Below the pieces are notes generated by a model that saw only the letters and a list, made by a program, of their open reading frames with translations, had not been told where the DNA came from and searched no databases. A stretch of DNA of 64,000 bases from NCBI GenBank assembly GCA_964035545.1, contig OZ037769.1:9384129-9448128 (forward strand), written 5' to 3'. A program made the translations under genes and the position numbers. Positions 24,308 to 35,617 of the stretch are shown piece after piece (the stretch's first letter is position 1; every line of letters begins with the position of its first letter). The stretch is from Bugula neritina. Taxonomy: Eukaryota; Animalia; Bryozoa.

Positions 24308-27300
24308 TCATACTCTATAAAAGTAAAGCATATATGACACAATGTTAATCTACTATCTCAGTTATTGCAGATTTCTTTGGAGACAACAGGCCTATTTATG
24401 ATTATGCTTACAAACTATAATGGCAGAACAGAATGACATGCACTTATTTTGAGTTACAAAGTAAAATACAGATCCATGATGCATAGACTGGGGGCAGACT
24501 AGCAAAAAGACTGGGGACCTTTAACTCTAAAATATTACCTCAGTATAAGCAAATTAGGAAGCACTTACTTTTTAACAATTTGTACCACATCTTCGTCATT
24601 TAGAACGTGTTCTTTGCCAACTCTTTGTGGTTGATGCTTCACTGAAGACCCCCAAACCAATGCACTGTTCAAATAAAAATTATGCAAAACTAAACTTGAT
24701 AGAGCAACTACCGAAGGCTAATCAATTAATTGATGCTAGTGAGTGGAGAGTGTCTAGTGAATAGAGAGAGTCTAGTGAATAGAGTGTCTAGTGAATAGAG
24801 AGTCTAGTGAACAGAGAGTCTAGTGAATAGAGAGTCTAGTGAATAGAGAGTCTAGTGAACAGAGAGTCTAGTGAACAGAGTGTCTAGTGAACAGAGAGTC
24901 TAGTGAATAGAGAGTGTCTAGTGAACAGAGTGTCTAGTGAATAGAGTGTCTAGTGAATAGAGAGTTTAGTGAACAGAGAGTCTAGTGAGTAGAGTGTCTA
25001 GTGAACAGAGAGTGTCTTGTGAATAGAGAGAGTCTAGTGAACAGAGTGTCTAGTGAATAGAGTGTCTAGTGAATAGAGAGTTTAGTGAACAGAGAGTGTC
25101 TAGTGAACAGAGTGTCTAGTGAACAAAGAGTCCAATATCTAGTGAATGAAGTTTCCTGAAAACTGTATGAAAACTGAACTTACTGCTTGAAATCTTTTAG
25201 CAAATTCTTATGGATTTTCAAACAGAAGTTCTCTACAGTAGTAGCTTGAGATTTAAGTACAACTGGAGACTGGTAATCAGGTAACTGTCCTTTAGGCTTC
25301 GTATAACTGAAAACAGCAGATAAAACAGAAGTTGAAGCTTTCATATAATTGATCTATTAGTATACACTTATTTAACTCTATAGGTATGCTAGCACACTGT
25401 ATGCTACTAGCACACTGTTTACTACTAGCACACTGTATACTACTAGCACACTGTATACTACTAGCACACTGTATACTACTAGCACACTGTATACTACTAG
25501 CACACTGTATACTACTAGCAGACTGTATACAGTATACTACTAGCACACTGTATACTACTAGCACACTGTATACTACTAGCACACTGTATACTACTAGCCC
25601 ACTGTATACAGTATACTACTGGCACACTGTATACTACTAGCACACTGTATACTAACACACTTCACAGATAGGTTTATTAATATTTATCGTATAATATTGA
25701 ATGGTTATGAAATGTTATTATTGCTTACATTCTGGTAAGGTTTAGATACTCCCACATCTTTTCCAGAAGATCATCAAAGTTCCATTTATGGTGGGCAGAT
25801 ATTGGCACACAGTGAGGTATTTTGTATATAATATCAAGTTCCTGAAACAAAGTAACTCCTTCCAGTCAGTGGCCACATATGACCTGTCATACAGCATATA
25901 AAGATGGCAGTTGGAGCAACGTTCATTATCTCTACTATACTGATCTCACAGTAAATTAACCGATGATACTTAGAAGACAAGCTTCCTTACAGACATACAA
26001 TGCTGAAAGATTCCTCACCAAACAATATCATATTCCATTTTTACCAATTAGGGAAGTATAGCAAACAGTTGATATGTGGCTATATTTATAGAAGGCAAAA
26101 GCTTCAGTCTGAAAATGTAGTCTGGGTAAGTGGGCTCAATTACAATACCCACACACATATATACCTACACACATAATATATATACCTACACACATATATA
26201 CCCACACACATGCATACCTACACACATATGTGACCAGTCGCGACAAAACCGGGGATGTGGCGGCGTTTATAAAGTGTAGTGAATGAAGGTTTAATTTGGA
26301 AATACTGAAATTTGAAATTAATGTCCAATTTTTAGATTGTAAACTTTTCCAACACACAAAAAATCCAAGGATTTCAAAAATCATATTTTTGCAAGCATTT
26401 GATGATTCCTTCAGCTCTAAAATTGCATTTAAAGTTAGTGACTTGAGTCATTCAATTTTTTAAATAATGAAAAAATTGAGAAGTTATCAAATAAAGAAAG
26501 ATGACAATTTTAGTAATTTTTATAGCGCAAGATCTTGCAAATTTAGTTTTTGTCAAGAGAATTTGGCTTACACCCTTTTCTTGGTATTGTCAGAAGTATC
26601 ATATTTAAAATCGAAGGCTATTTGTAGTTATTCATCGTGCTCCATGCAAATTTAGCTTTTAATGTAATTAGTTAATGAGCTGTTTTGCCCTTTGGTGATA
26701 AATGCTGATCCTTATCTTCATCTTTAGCGTTCAAGCTTGAAAATCACGACAACACAGGTAATTATACTCAAAACAATCATTTACGCTACTAACTTATAAT
26801 TGTTGCCAGGATTATTTGTAGTTATCCATTTGTTTATAGTTTATACTTGCAAAAATATTATACTATCACTATGACTCACAGTTTGAGGTACGGTTACTCA
26901 TACTCATAGTCATGATCATAATGATGATGAGTGATAATCATAATGAATATCATTCATGATTTACTGGTACTTGGTAGTAAAACTAAATGTAGCTCACTAA
27001 TAGTAATAGTAATAGTATGACTACAAGTATAAGTAATTAAATTTAAATAATTATAATTTCACTATTTGAGCCTGTATTTCGCCTTTGGTCTTAAAGCTTG
27101 ATACTGATAGTAGCTATGGTAATTGTTGATATTTTAATTTGCATTAGACTTACTCATAGTAACTCTTAGCCTTTGTCTTAGATTTTGTCATTAGGTTACT
27201 GATTACTATTAGGCAATTAGTACTATTGGTATTACTGATAGTTGACTTTGACAACTATTAGAGTTAGACTTAGTATTACAACAAAGTTGTTAATAGACTT

Positions 27301-30300
27301 GAAGATCTTTAGAAATAAATATTATTTTAATTAAATATCTTTAAATATAATCAAGCTACCATTTTCTTTTGCTATTTTCAAATTAGCTCAAAGTTTGATG
27401 GTAAATGTGATTAAATGTAAATGAGTATAATGATGAAATATTAATGCGAGTTGATGATGATTCTATAGTTGACTGACTTAGTTTTTCAGCAAGTTACTTT
27501 TAGTCTTATTTAGTGAGTAGTAACACTAACTGAATGCATGAATAGTCCAAACTTTTTAATTTTATTACAAAAAATGAGCAAAATTCATTTATATTTTAAA
27601 GTAATTAACTGAATTTAAATTGATTTTATAGTAACCGTCTTTAATAGATCCAGTTGCACTTAGCTAGCCTTTTTTTAAGCAATTAAATGCCTGAGTGGTT
27701 AATAATTATTGAAAGTCATTGCTTCAAAATTGCTAATTGCAGATATGCTAGATATTCAAGTCTATAACATGTAATTTTACTGATAATAAATAATATGTTA
27801 ATATTGAATAATCCGATTTTCTGTACATTTTAGAAAGCGGACTTGTAAGAGCATCAAAGTGAAGACTTATACCTACACAACTCTACCACCTATTAATCTA
27901 ATACTTCTAATATAGACACTCTGAATTTTGACTTGCGAGGTTATGGCTTTTGCTTATTTCATTCATAAAAAGGTTTGCAGTCTTTTAATGATGTGCTTAA
28001 AAATTGTATGATATAACTTGGTATAATTTCTAATCAAATTACCATTTCCTTTTGTTATTTAAAAAAATTCAACATTGTACTTGTAGCTTTGGAATAGACA
28101 GTAAGTGCGTAGATTGGCAGGATGAATGTTGAAAAATAATTTTGCCACCACTTGGAATCGAACCAGAGTCCTCTGGCTTGCAAGCAAGTGTGCTAACATT
28201 AAATCACGGGCACTGGGTAAACTCATCACTACAGATGCCAAGTAGCAGCATCTATAATTGCTGGGAAATCAGTTGATGGCGATGAAGCTTCTGCCACACA
28301 CATGTTATGTGTCTATACTCCGTACACTCATATTATGAAGCACAAAGAAGTAGAAAGATGAAAAGTGTAATTTTTTGCAAAGATTATAGAAGCTACCTAA
28401 TTTTCTTTTCTTGATAAGAATTAATTCAAGCATAATGGTTGGACCCCGGCTGGATTTTTTGCTGCATTTAATTAGTTTTTTAAAATAATGTATTTGATGT
28501 TTTCTAATGTGACTATTTTATGCCTAAATAAAACTCAAAAGTTCTAATAGCTAATTTTCTGTTTATATTTTCAACATCTTAGCCAAATCAATTGCTAAAT
28601 TTAGTTGTCGTTAGAGATTATAAAAATATATCTGAATGAATTTCGCATGATCTCATAATATCCAAATAATTTTCTCATAAGTGTTATACCCATTAAGCAA
28701 TAACTATGAAACAGCACAGCTCAACAGCTACAGTTTGACATATTACACAATATATCAGAGGAGAGGAAGATATTCAGTGTATAACAGGAAACAGCTACCA
28801 TTTTGTTTTTTATGAATTCTTGCTTACTTGGATGCCTAATTTAAATACCTCAACACGAGAACTTGCTGGAACATACTCTTATTTGCTGGAATTATTAAAC
28901 TTTTCACCAATAAACAAAATAAAAAGCGATTTGACAAATAAATTATACAAAAGGTTTGGCGGCCATATTTGACCTCATTTACAGTTGAGGCAGCATGAAA
29001 CTTTGTTTACCAGAAAGCCCAAACTTTCACGATTACTTTGATACCAAATTTGTCAATATTCCTATTATACAAAGGCCCATTGCTAAAGCTTGTAAATTGT
29101 AAACAAATAATTCTTGACGATTTTCTCGAAACAGTAAAATAGAAATTCTAAAAATGCTAAAGTCTTTAAATACTGATATCTCGAGTTCTATTTGTGCTAG
29201 AGACTTCAAATAAAGTGCAAAGTGTTTGGGAAAGTCTGCTCTATCACTCCATAGTAATAACTAAATTTTCAATATTTTATATACATCTCCTGTTTCGGGG
29301 TGCCAGGTCACATATATAGCTGCACACATATATACCTACACACATAATATACACCTACACCCATATATAGCTGCACACATATACCTACACATATATACCT
29401 ACACACATAATATTATATACTTCACACAGACATAATACTGCGCAAGTATATATACCCACTTCAATAGATATCTGGTCGATTTTGTTGAGTACATAGATGG
29501 CAGGAATGTACACCCTGTTACCCTCAACTACATCTATCAGGTCCTCAGCCGTAACATCTTCACGTAGTGTTATGTCAGCATTGTGTATCTTAGACTCTCC
29601 CAGGATGGTGCGCACAATCTCCAAGTCTAGTTCTGACTGGGGACACTAAACAAACAACCAGAATAATTATTTACCTTCATGTTCCATTTTGTATCTAATT
29701 TCATTTTTCCTAATATGAGTTTGCTCAAGAAGTGAATTATTGCAGCCCAAACTAGTATTTGTAATATGAATTTCAGTTAATACAAAATATTTGTAGTTCA
29801 TATTCTAATGGAAAGGTAATCTTGAAAAATATGCATGTTCTCGCTGTGAATTAAACTTTTTCTTTTCATAAAGTTAGAATAGCGTTGTGCAGGTATTGTT
29901 GGTACATACAATACTGCAACTAAGTGAAAAAAATCTTGTCAGCCTATCATTTTATGTCCATATTAGTTGGTACTGTAAAATATTACCATTATTACAAATC
30001 AATATTGTTACTATGCAATACTGTTATTATCATTCTTATTATTATCAATATTATCCCAAGTATTCAAAACATGATAAGTCAGAAAAGCTATGTAGCAGCA
30101 CCAAAGTATGCATGCTGGGTTATTGCAATAGCTGAGACTGTATAAACTAGCTAAACTGACCATGATATTAAGATTAATGCCTCCCTTTTCTTTCTTTCTA
30201 AAAGCTATGTTAGGTGGTCTTTTGTTGAGCCGAATACCAAATCCTTCCAGCTCATGTTCCAGAATCTTTTTGTGTCCCAGAGGTTTAAGTACGTCCAAAC

Positions 30301-31718
30301 AAATAAATATAATGTTGCAAGTTCGAGCTACAGCAATCACTTGCTTGCCTCTTCCTTTACCATCCTTAGCTCCTTCGATGATTCCTGGCAAATCTAGTAG
30401 CTAAAAACAGATACGCGACGCTACACATAGATTAATAGAATTTTCACACATAAATTCATTGCCACCAAGTGACTCTATCTAAATTTACAAAAAGAAAACA
30501 TTTACCTTTCATAAAAACACTAATTCCTCAAAACTAATCAAAAGTAAAATGGTAGATTAACTAGTTCCATTTATGCACCTGAATTTTTGCACCTTTAAAT
30601 CTAATGACTCCAGGAACTGTAGTGAGAGTAGTAAACTCATAGGCTGCTACTTCAGAATAAACACCAGCAAGGTTTGTCAACAGAGTAGATTTTCCAACAG
30701 AAGGAAAGCCTAAACAATACAGAATGGTAGAAAATAATAGAATTTGTTCCAAGATGTTTCAACTGTTGATATATCAAGTATATACCCACATGTACTGATT
30801 GGGCATCAACACTTTAAATAAGAATCTCTCAGTTAACAAAACATATTGATTACATTCTATCATGAATATTTTTCATACCATTCAGAATTAGAAATCGGAT
30901 AGTAAAGACACAAGCAACAGAGCTAGATGGAAATAATTTATTTTGGGCTATGCAGAGCCTGGTTACCCACCAGGGCTAAAAGGAATATGGTGAGAAATGG
31001 TGAGAAAATAATAGCTATGTAAAACAAACAACCATCAACAAATAAACAACAAATACATTACTTAATTAATACAATTTAAATGTAGAACTTGCCTACAAAA
31101 CCAATTCTAGCATCACCAGTCTTGGCCACATCGAAACCTTCTCCGCCACCTCCCCCACCACCTGAGGGTTCAAGAAGCTCTCTTTTCAGCTTAGCTAATC
31201 TAGATTTTAGCATACAGAGATGGCTCATAGTATTCTTGTTTTTCTGTGTTCTGGCCATCTATAAATAGGCAATGTTACTAGGGTTCCATTTATTTAAGAA
31301 AGGAGCTGAATTATTTGATATGAGCCCCTTACTGAAATCACCTAATAATAACAATTTTTACTTTACCCTATCTTTTCTGATAAATTAAGTTTCAGGTGTA
31401 TTTGTTTATTTAAAGGAAGCAAAGGCTAAAGCTGTATCCTTAGAGCCCCCCTACTGTATGACAAGAATACCCAAGCATGCTTCATCAACAGTCATAAAGA
31501 ATGAGCTTGCATACTTGCTAAGCACATGAACCTTATAAGCATATTGTAACCCATAGTTGAGCATCTCCAAAGAGTTCATTTCTCTAAAACCTGCTGTATA
31601 TACAACTTGAATCGACACACAGTGTGTTACATAATCCATGCAAAAAACAAACTAAGCATAAGTGTATGCATTTCATTACCTCAGCCTCTATATCAGCTAT
31701 TCTTTCGAGCACACCCAT
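24308..31718 (-). CDS. DRG1: Developmentally regulated GTP-binding protein 1 (OBG/DRG GTPase with TGS domain)
   Basis: Exons 31718-31680, 31258-31093 (GC donor), 30709-30579, 30400-30161, 29645-29460, 25841-25729, 25306-25184, 24664-24569, 24314-24308 (or an unspliced stop at 24565-24567). GFPSVGKST (G1), YEFTTLT (G2), DLPG (G3), NKID (G4); [12 protein letters not shown] and GGINL are DRG1-type. Confidence 0.96.
24735..25148 (+). repeat. 16/18-bp minisatellite (GTCTAGTGAAYAGAGW) in a DRG1 intron
   Basis: Direct. Confidence 0.93.
25386..25655 (+). repeat. 18-bp minisatellite TACTACTAGCACACTGTA in a DRG1 intron
   Basis: Direct. Confidence 0.93.
26229..29312. mobile_element. 3.1-kb non-autonomous TIR DNA element, superfamily unassigned
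   Basis: Imperfect TIRs TGTGACCAGTCGCGACAAAACCGGGGATGT vs rc TGTGACCTGGCACCCCGAAACAGGAGATGT, TA on both flanks; it splits one ACACACATATATACCT repeat array into 26145-26228 and 29313-29410; no transposase ORF. Confidence 0.72.
28144..28211 (-). pseudogene. tRNA-like sequence (degenerate tRNA or SINE head)
   Basis: B-box GGTTCGATTCC within a T-arm, A-box-like TGATTTAATG, CTTGC-TTGCAA-GCCAG anticodon-like arm; imperfect stems. Confidence 0.5.
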
Positions 31719-32819
31719 TCTGACTGTTACAATCTAAAAATAAAAGTTAATACAACTTGGAATTATTGCAATTGTAAAGCCTTTATTGCTATAACTACAA
31801 AAATCAGCTGATAGCTCAAACAGTTGTTTTAAAAATTAATTTCTTTCTATATCAATTAATGAGCTTTCAAAGATTTTTAGTTTATGTTAATGTAACACTG
31901 GCAATAGTGTTTGCAGGAAAGAAACTTTTAAAATAACCTCAACATAAAACAAAAAGCACAAAATGTTAATATTGTAAAAGTACAAAATTTGGTTGAAATG
32001 ACAATCAATTATTTTACACATGTTGGCATTCCTTCTAACTTGAAGTCAAAAGATATAACAATAGTTATTATAAAGTCTAGACTAATAGTAAATTCAGTAA
32101 ATAGTAATACTAATAGAAATACATTATAGCATTACTATCAGCATTTCTATTGCTATTAGTAAGCTACTAGCAGTACTAGTAGTACCACTACCAGTAGGCC
32201 TACTGCTACTAGTAGTAGTAACAAGTATTATATTTATAATTAATATTAGTAGTACCTGTACTATGACTTATCATTAATAGACATGGTCATACTCATAGTC
32301 TTAGTGATAGTTTAGTAATAGTATTACTATTACTATTAGTTATAGTAATACTAATACTGATAGTATTACTATTAGTGTAATACTAATACTAATAGTATTA
32401 GTACAACTATTACTATAGCCATAGCGCTACTGCTAGGCTATAAATATAATTATAAAAAGTATAACATTAACTCAAAGTTTAACTATAACTATAAGTATTA
32501 CTAATACTATTACTGTATTACTATTAGTATTACTATAATAAATATTAGTAATACTTATACTAATAGTAATAGTAATGCTAATACTAATAGTAATAGCAAT
32601 AATTTAATTATACTATAATTATTAGTATTACTATAAGTATAAGTTAAACTTGATGTATAAGTATTACTATTAGTATTAGTATATGACTTTATCACTTATA
32701 CTATAGTCTATATCAATTATCAGTAGATGTATAAGTTATAACTATAAGTATAAGTTAAGTATAGCTACAAGTTGAAGTATTTAAGTAATACTATTACTAA
32801 TAGTAATACTCTAATAGTA

Positions 32820-34100
32820 ATACCTCCTCCAGTTACCTCCAGATTACGATCATGCTAGACCACTAGGTAGCAGAAGCGGCATGCCTCATATGTTTATGGT
32901 TGGTCAGAAAGTAAAATGCATACAATAGTCCATAATTTGGTTGCAGTGTGTGTTGCAATATTGTTTATTAGTACAGGTAAGTTAACCTGTCAATGTTTAG
33001 ATTATTCTGTGTGTAAATTAGTCTTGCAAGGATTGTTCCCTTTAAGGTCACGGATTGTTCGTGGCAAGAAGCTGTTATAATAGCAGTTATTATTGGTGCT
33101 GACTGATCTTGGCTGTCCTAGTGTTTGGGCCCTAGTTTGGATAAAACTTTCCGGGGTATTTATTAGTTCGTCATACGCTGCAGAGAGTGCTGGGTGATAT
33201 TCTTCCTTTTGGAGTATCCTCATAAGGAGTCTTAGCCGTTGAGTTCTTCTTCTTTCATCGAGGGCGGCCAGCTCCAGTCTTTCTTTTGCTTCTCGCACTC
33301 CTCTTCTACCCTTGATGTTAGCTATGGCTCTTACTGCCCGTGTTTGTACCTCTTCGATGGAATTTATTTCTTTTGTAGTATAGGGGTCCCAAACAGCAGA
33401 AGCATAGTCTAGGTGAGGAAGGCATAGGGATTTGTAAGCCATGAGTCTCACTTTTTCGGGTGCCCAGTGCAAAGCCCTTTTGATCATCCCCAGTTGTTTG
33501 TTTGCTAGCAATATTTTGCTCTGGATATGATTATCAAACTTCAGGTTGGCCTGTAGAGTCACTCCGAGGTATGTTGATTTGTCCACCTGTTCTAGAACTG
33601 TGCCATTTAACGTGTAGTGTGCTGGTATATCTTGCTCTTTGAATGCCATAATTTTGCTCTTTTTAACATTGAACTCCATACCCCACTTTGAAGCCCAACT
33701 TCCTGCTGCATCTATGTTCCTTTGAAACCTTAGTCTGTCTTGGTCATCTGAGACAGGCTGGTAGAGGAGGGTGTCATCTGCGAAGAGACCAACTTCACAA
33801 TCAACACAGTCAGGGAGATCATTTATGAACACAAGAAACAGTATGGGACCGAGTACAGAGCCCTGAGGTACCCCAGACGTCACTGGCAGTGGTTCTGACT
33901 TTTTGCCATCGAGTACGACCCTCTGAGATCGGTTTAGGAGGAAGTTGTGTACCCATCCGAGCAGATAGTCTTCCATTGGTGCAATTGTTCGTAGTTTCTC
34001 CATTAGAAGGGCATGGGGGACCCGGTCAAATGCTTTTGTAAAATCTAGGACTGCTGCGTGAACAGCCTTATGTTTATCGACATAAGATAAATCATAAACT
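32820..34100 (-). mobile_element. 5'-truncated CR1/L2-group LINE (RT, C-terminus and 3' UTR)
   Basis: Open frame from about 34099 to 33002: LDFTKAFDRVPH, GVPQGSVLGPILF, FADD, YLGV, LDYASAVWDP; 3' tail of short CTGGAGGTAA-like repeats at about 32820-32846. Confidence 0.88.
33002..34003 (-). CDS. LINE reverse transcriptase, partial (ORF2 C-terminal part)
   Basis: 333-aa ORF with non-LTR RT motifs; the frame stays open upstream to the truncation point. Confidence 0.85.
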   Translation of the reverse strand: MEKLRTIAPMEDYLLGWVHNFLLNRSQRVVLDGKKSEPLPVTSGVPQGSVLGPILFLVFINDLPDCVDCEVGLFADDTLLYQPVSDDQDRLRFQRNIDAAGSWASKWGMEFNVKKSKIMAFKEQDIPAHYTLNGTVLEQVDKSTYLGVTLQANLKFDNHIQSKILLANKQLGMIKRALHWAPEKVRLMAYKSLCLPHLDYASAVWDPYTTKEINSIEEVQTRAVRAIANIKGRRGVREAKERLELAALDERRRTQRLRLLMRILQKEEYHPALSAAYDELINTPESFIQTRAQTLGQPRSVSTNNNCYYNSFLPRTIRDLKGNNPCKTNLHTE

Positions 34101-34888
34101 AAAACTTAAACCTAAAGATTAAGATAAAACTAAAAAGTAAAAAGTAAAACTAAAACTAAAAGGTAAAACTAAAACTAAAACACAGTAAAACTAAAAGTTT
34201 TACTAAAACTAAAAATTAAAAGTAAAACTATAACTATAACTATAAGTATAACTATAAGTAAAACTAAAAGTAAAAGTAAAAAAATAATGATCACTTTGAC
34301 TTTAACTTGGTTATAAATCGATCAAAAAAATAACTGCATGTGTATGAAAGCTTTTAAACTACACAAATTATGTCCTTATTGTGGACAAAACAGATTAAGA
34401 TGATGACATATATTTTATGCTTGAGGATTTTCGTTTCAATAAAAAAATTTAGTGATCCATATGCCTGACAGATCAGCATGATTTCCTTGGTCTAGTCCCG
34501 ATCTTTTATGTACTCCGGGTTGAAAACAATAATTCTCGATGCGCAAAACCGGGCAACCTAAACCGTGGTTTGCAGGTCCGGTTAATGCTATCTCAGAAAG
34601 GATAACTCTACAAATTTAACCAGAACGTCTAGCATTAATTCTATACAGGCTTCAAGTTTTCATGCAAGTTTCTGCTTTTCACCATTAACCAATAAAAAAC
34701 GGTTTAAAAGTATTTTAAGGTCACATTTTCAATCTAGGCTCTACTTTATGTTGCCAAGAACTTTTTACAGATACTGCATTGGTCAGTTATATGTTTTTTT
34801 TTCTCAACTATCTCAGCTTTGTCCTGTTCGGGCAGCAAGGGAGGGGGAGGGGCAGTTAAATGTGTACTGTGCAAAATACAGATCTTTA

Positions 34889-35138
34889 TGTTGTATTTTT
34901 TTTTAGAGTAGAATGTATGACTGTATTGTATTGAAGCTAACAAGTAACTGACATAAAAATACATGTAGATAAACAGTGACAGAATAACAACTGGCTTGTA
35001 TATTGATATGGCAAAAACTGTATATAATGAGTTTAAACAAATAGACATTAGAATAAAAAGTAACCGAGCACATAAAATGTGGTATGTCATAATATGCATC
35101 TATGTGGTGTATTGACAAGGCTAGTTCAATACATAGCA
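34889..35138 (-). repeat. 3' LTR
   Basis: Direct repeat of 39705-39954; PPT GAGGGAGGAG adjacent at 35139-35148. Confidence 0.95.
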
Positions 35139-35162
35139 CTCCTCCCTCACAAATTTAGACTA

Positions 35163-35611
35163 AAGTTGCGTTTATACCTTCACGATTTTCGGTCAAAATT
35201 TCAATTTGGCCGGGTTGAAATTTCTCCGAGTTGCATTGCATTGTAAAAGCCACCCGTTGAAATTTTTGTACTGTGATAACTTAATCGGCCAATTTTAGAA
35301 TAGGAGTAATAACTCCTTGTAAACATCGTTATCTAGTTATTACTTTGGCGATTAGACAACGTACTTATACGGTTATAATTACATAGCCTACGCCTTCTCA
35401 ATTATCGCTTTTATGCTTTCCGCTTCACTAATTCACGACGTTTACAAAGGGCATCAAATAGCTATTATGCGAGTCAAATTTCAATTTCAGAAAGTGAGCA
35501 ACCGCATCAATATGATTTCAACGAGTTTCGGTTTGACTATAAAGGGGTACCCGGACAAGCATTATTAACTTAAACTCGGTACTTTTTTCAGCAGAGGTAT
35601 AAACGCAACTT
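35163..35611. mobile_element. MITE nested in the Gypsy 3' UTR (Harbinger-like TIR sequence)
   Basis: Perfect 17-bp TIRs AAGTTGCGTTTATACCT / AGGTATAAACGCAACTT, flanked by TA/TA (or TAA/TTA if the TIR is one base shorter). Confidence 0.78.
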
Positions 35612-35617
35612 TAAGAG

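Noticed and set aside
28144-28211. Functional tRNA gene
   Set aside because: Mismatched acceptor and anticodon stems and a 6-nt anticodon loop; kept only as tRNA-like
34746-35139. Hydrophobic ORFs duplicated at 39646-39955 (possible env or accessory gene)
   Set aside because: They lie within the AT-rich LTRs, differ beyond the LTR edge and show no recognisable motif
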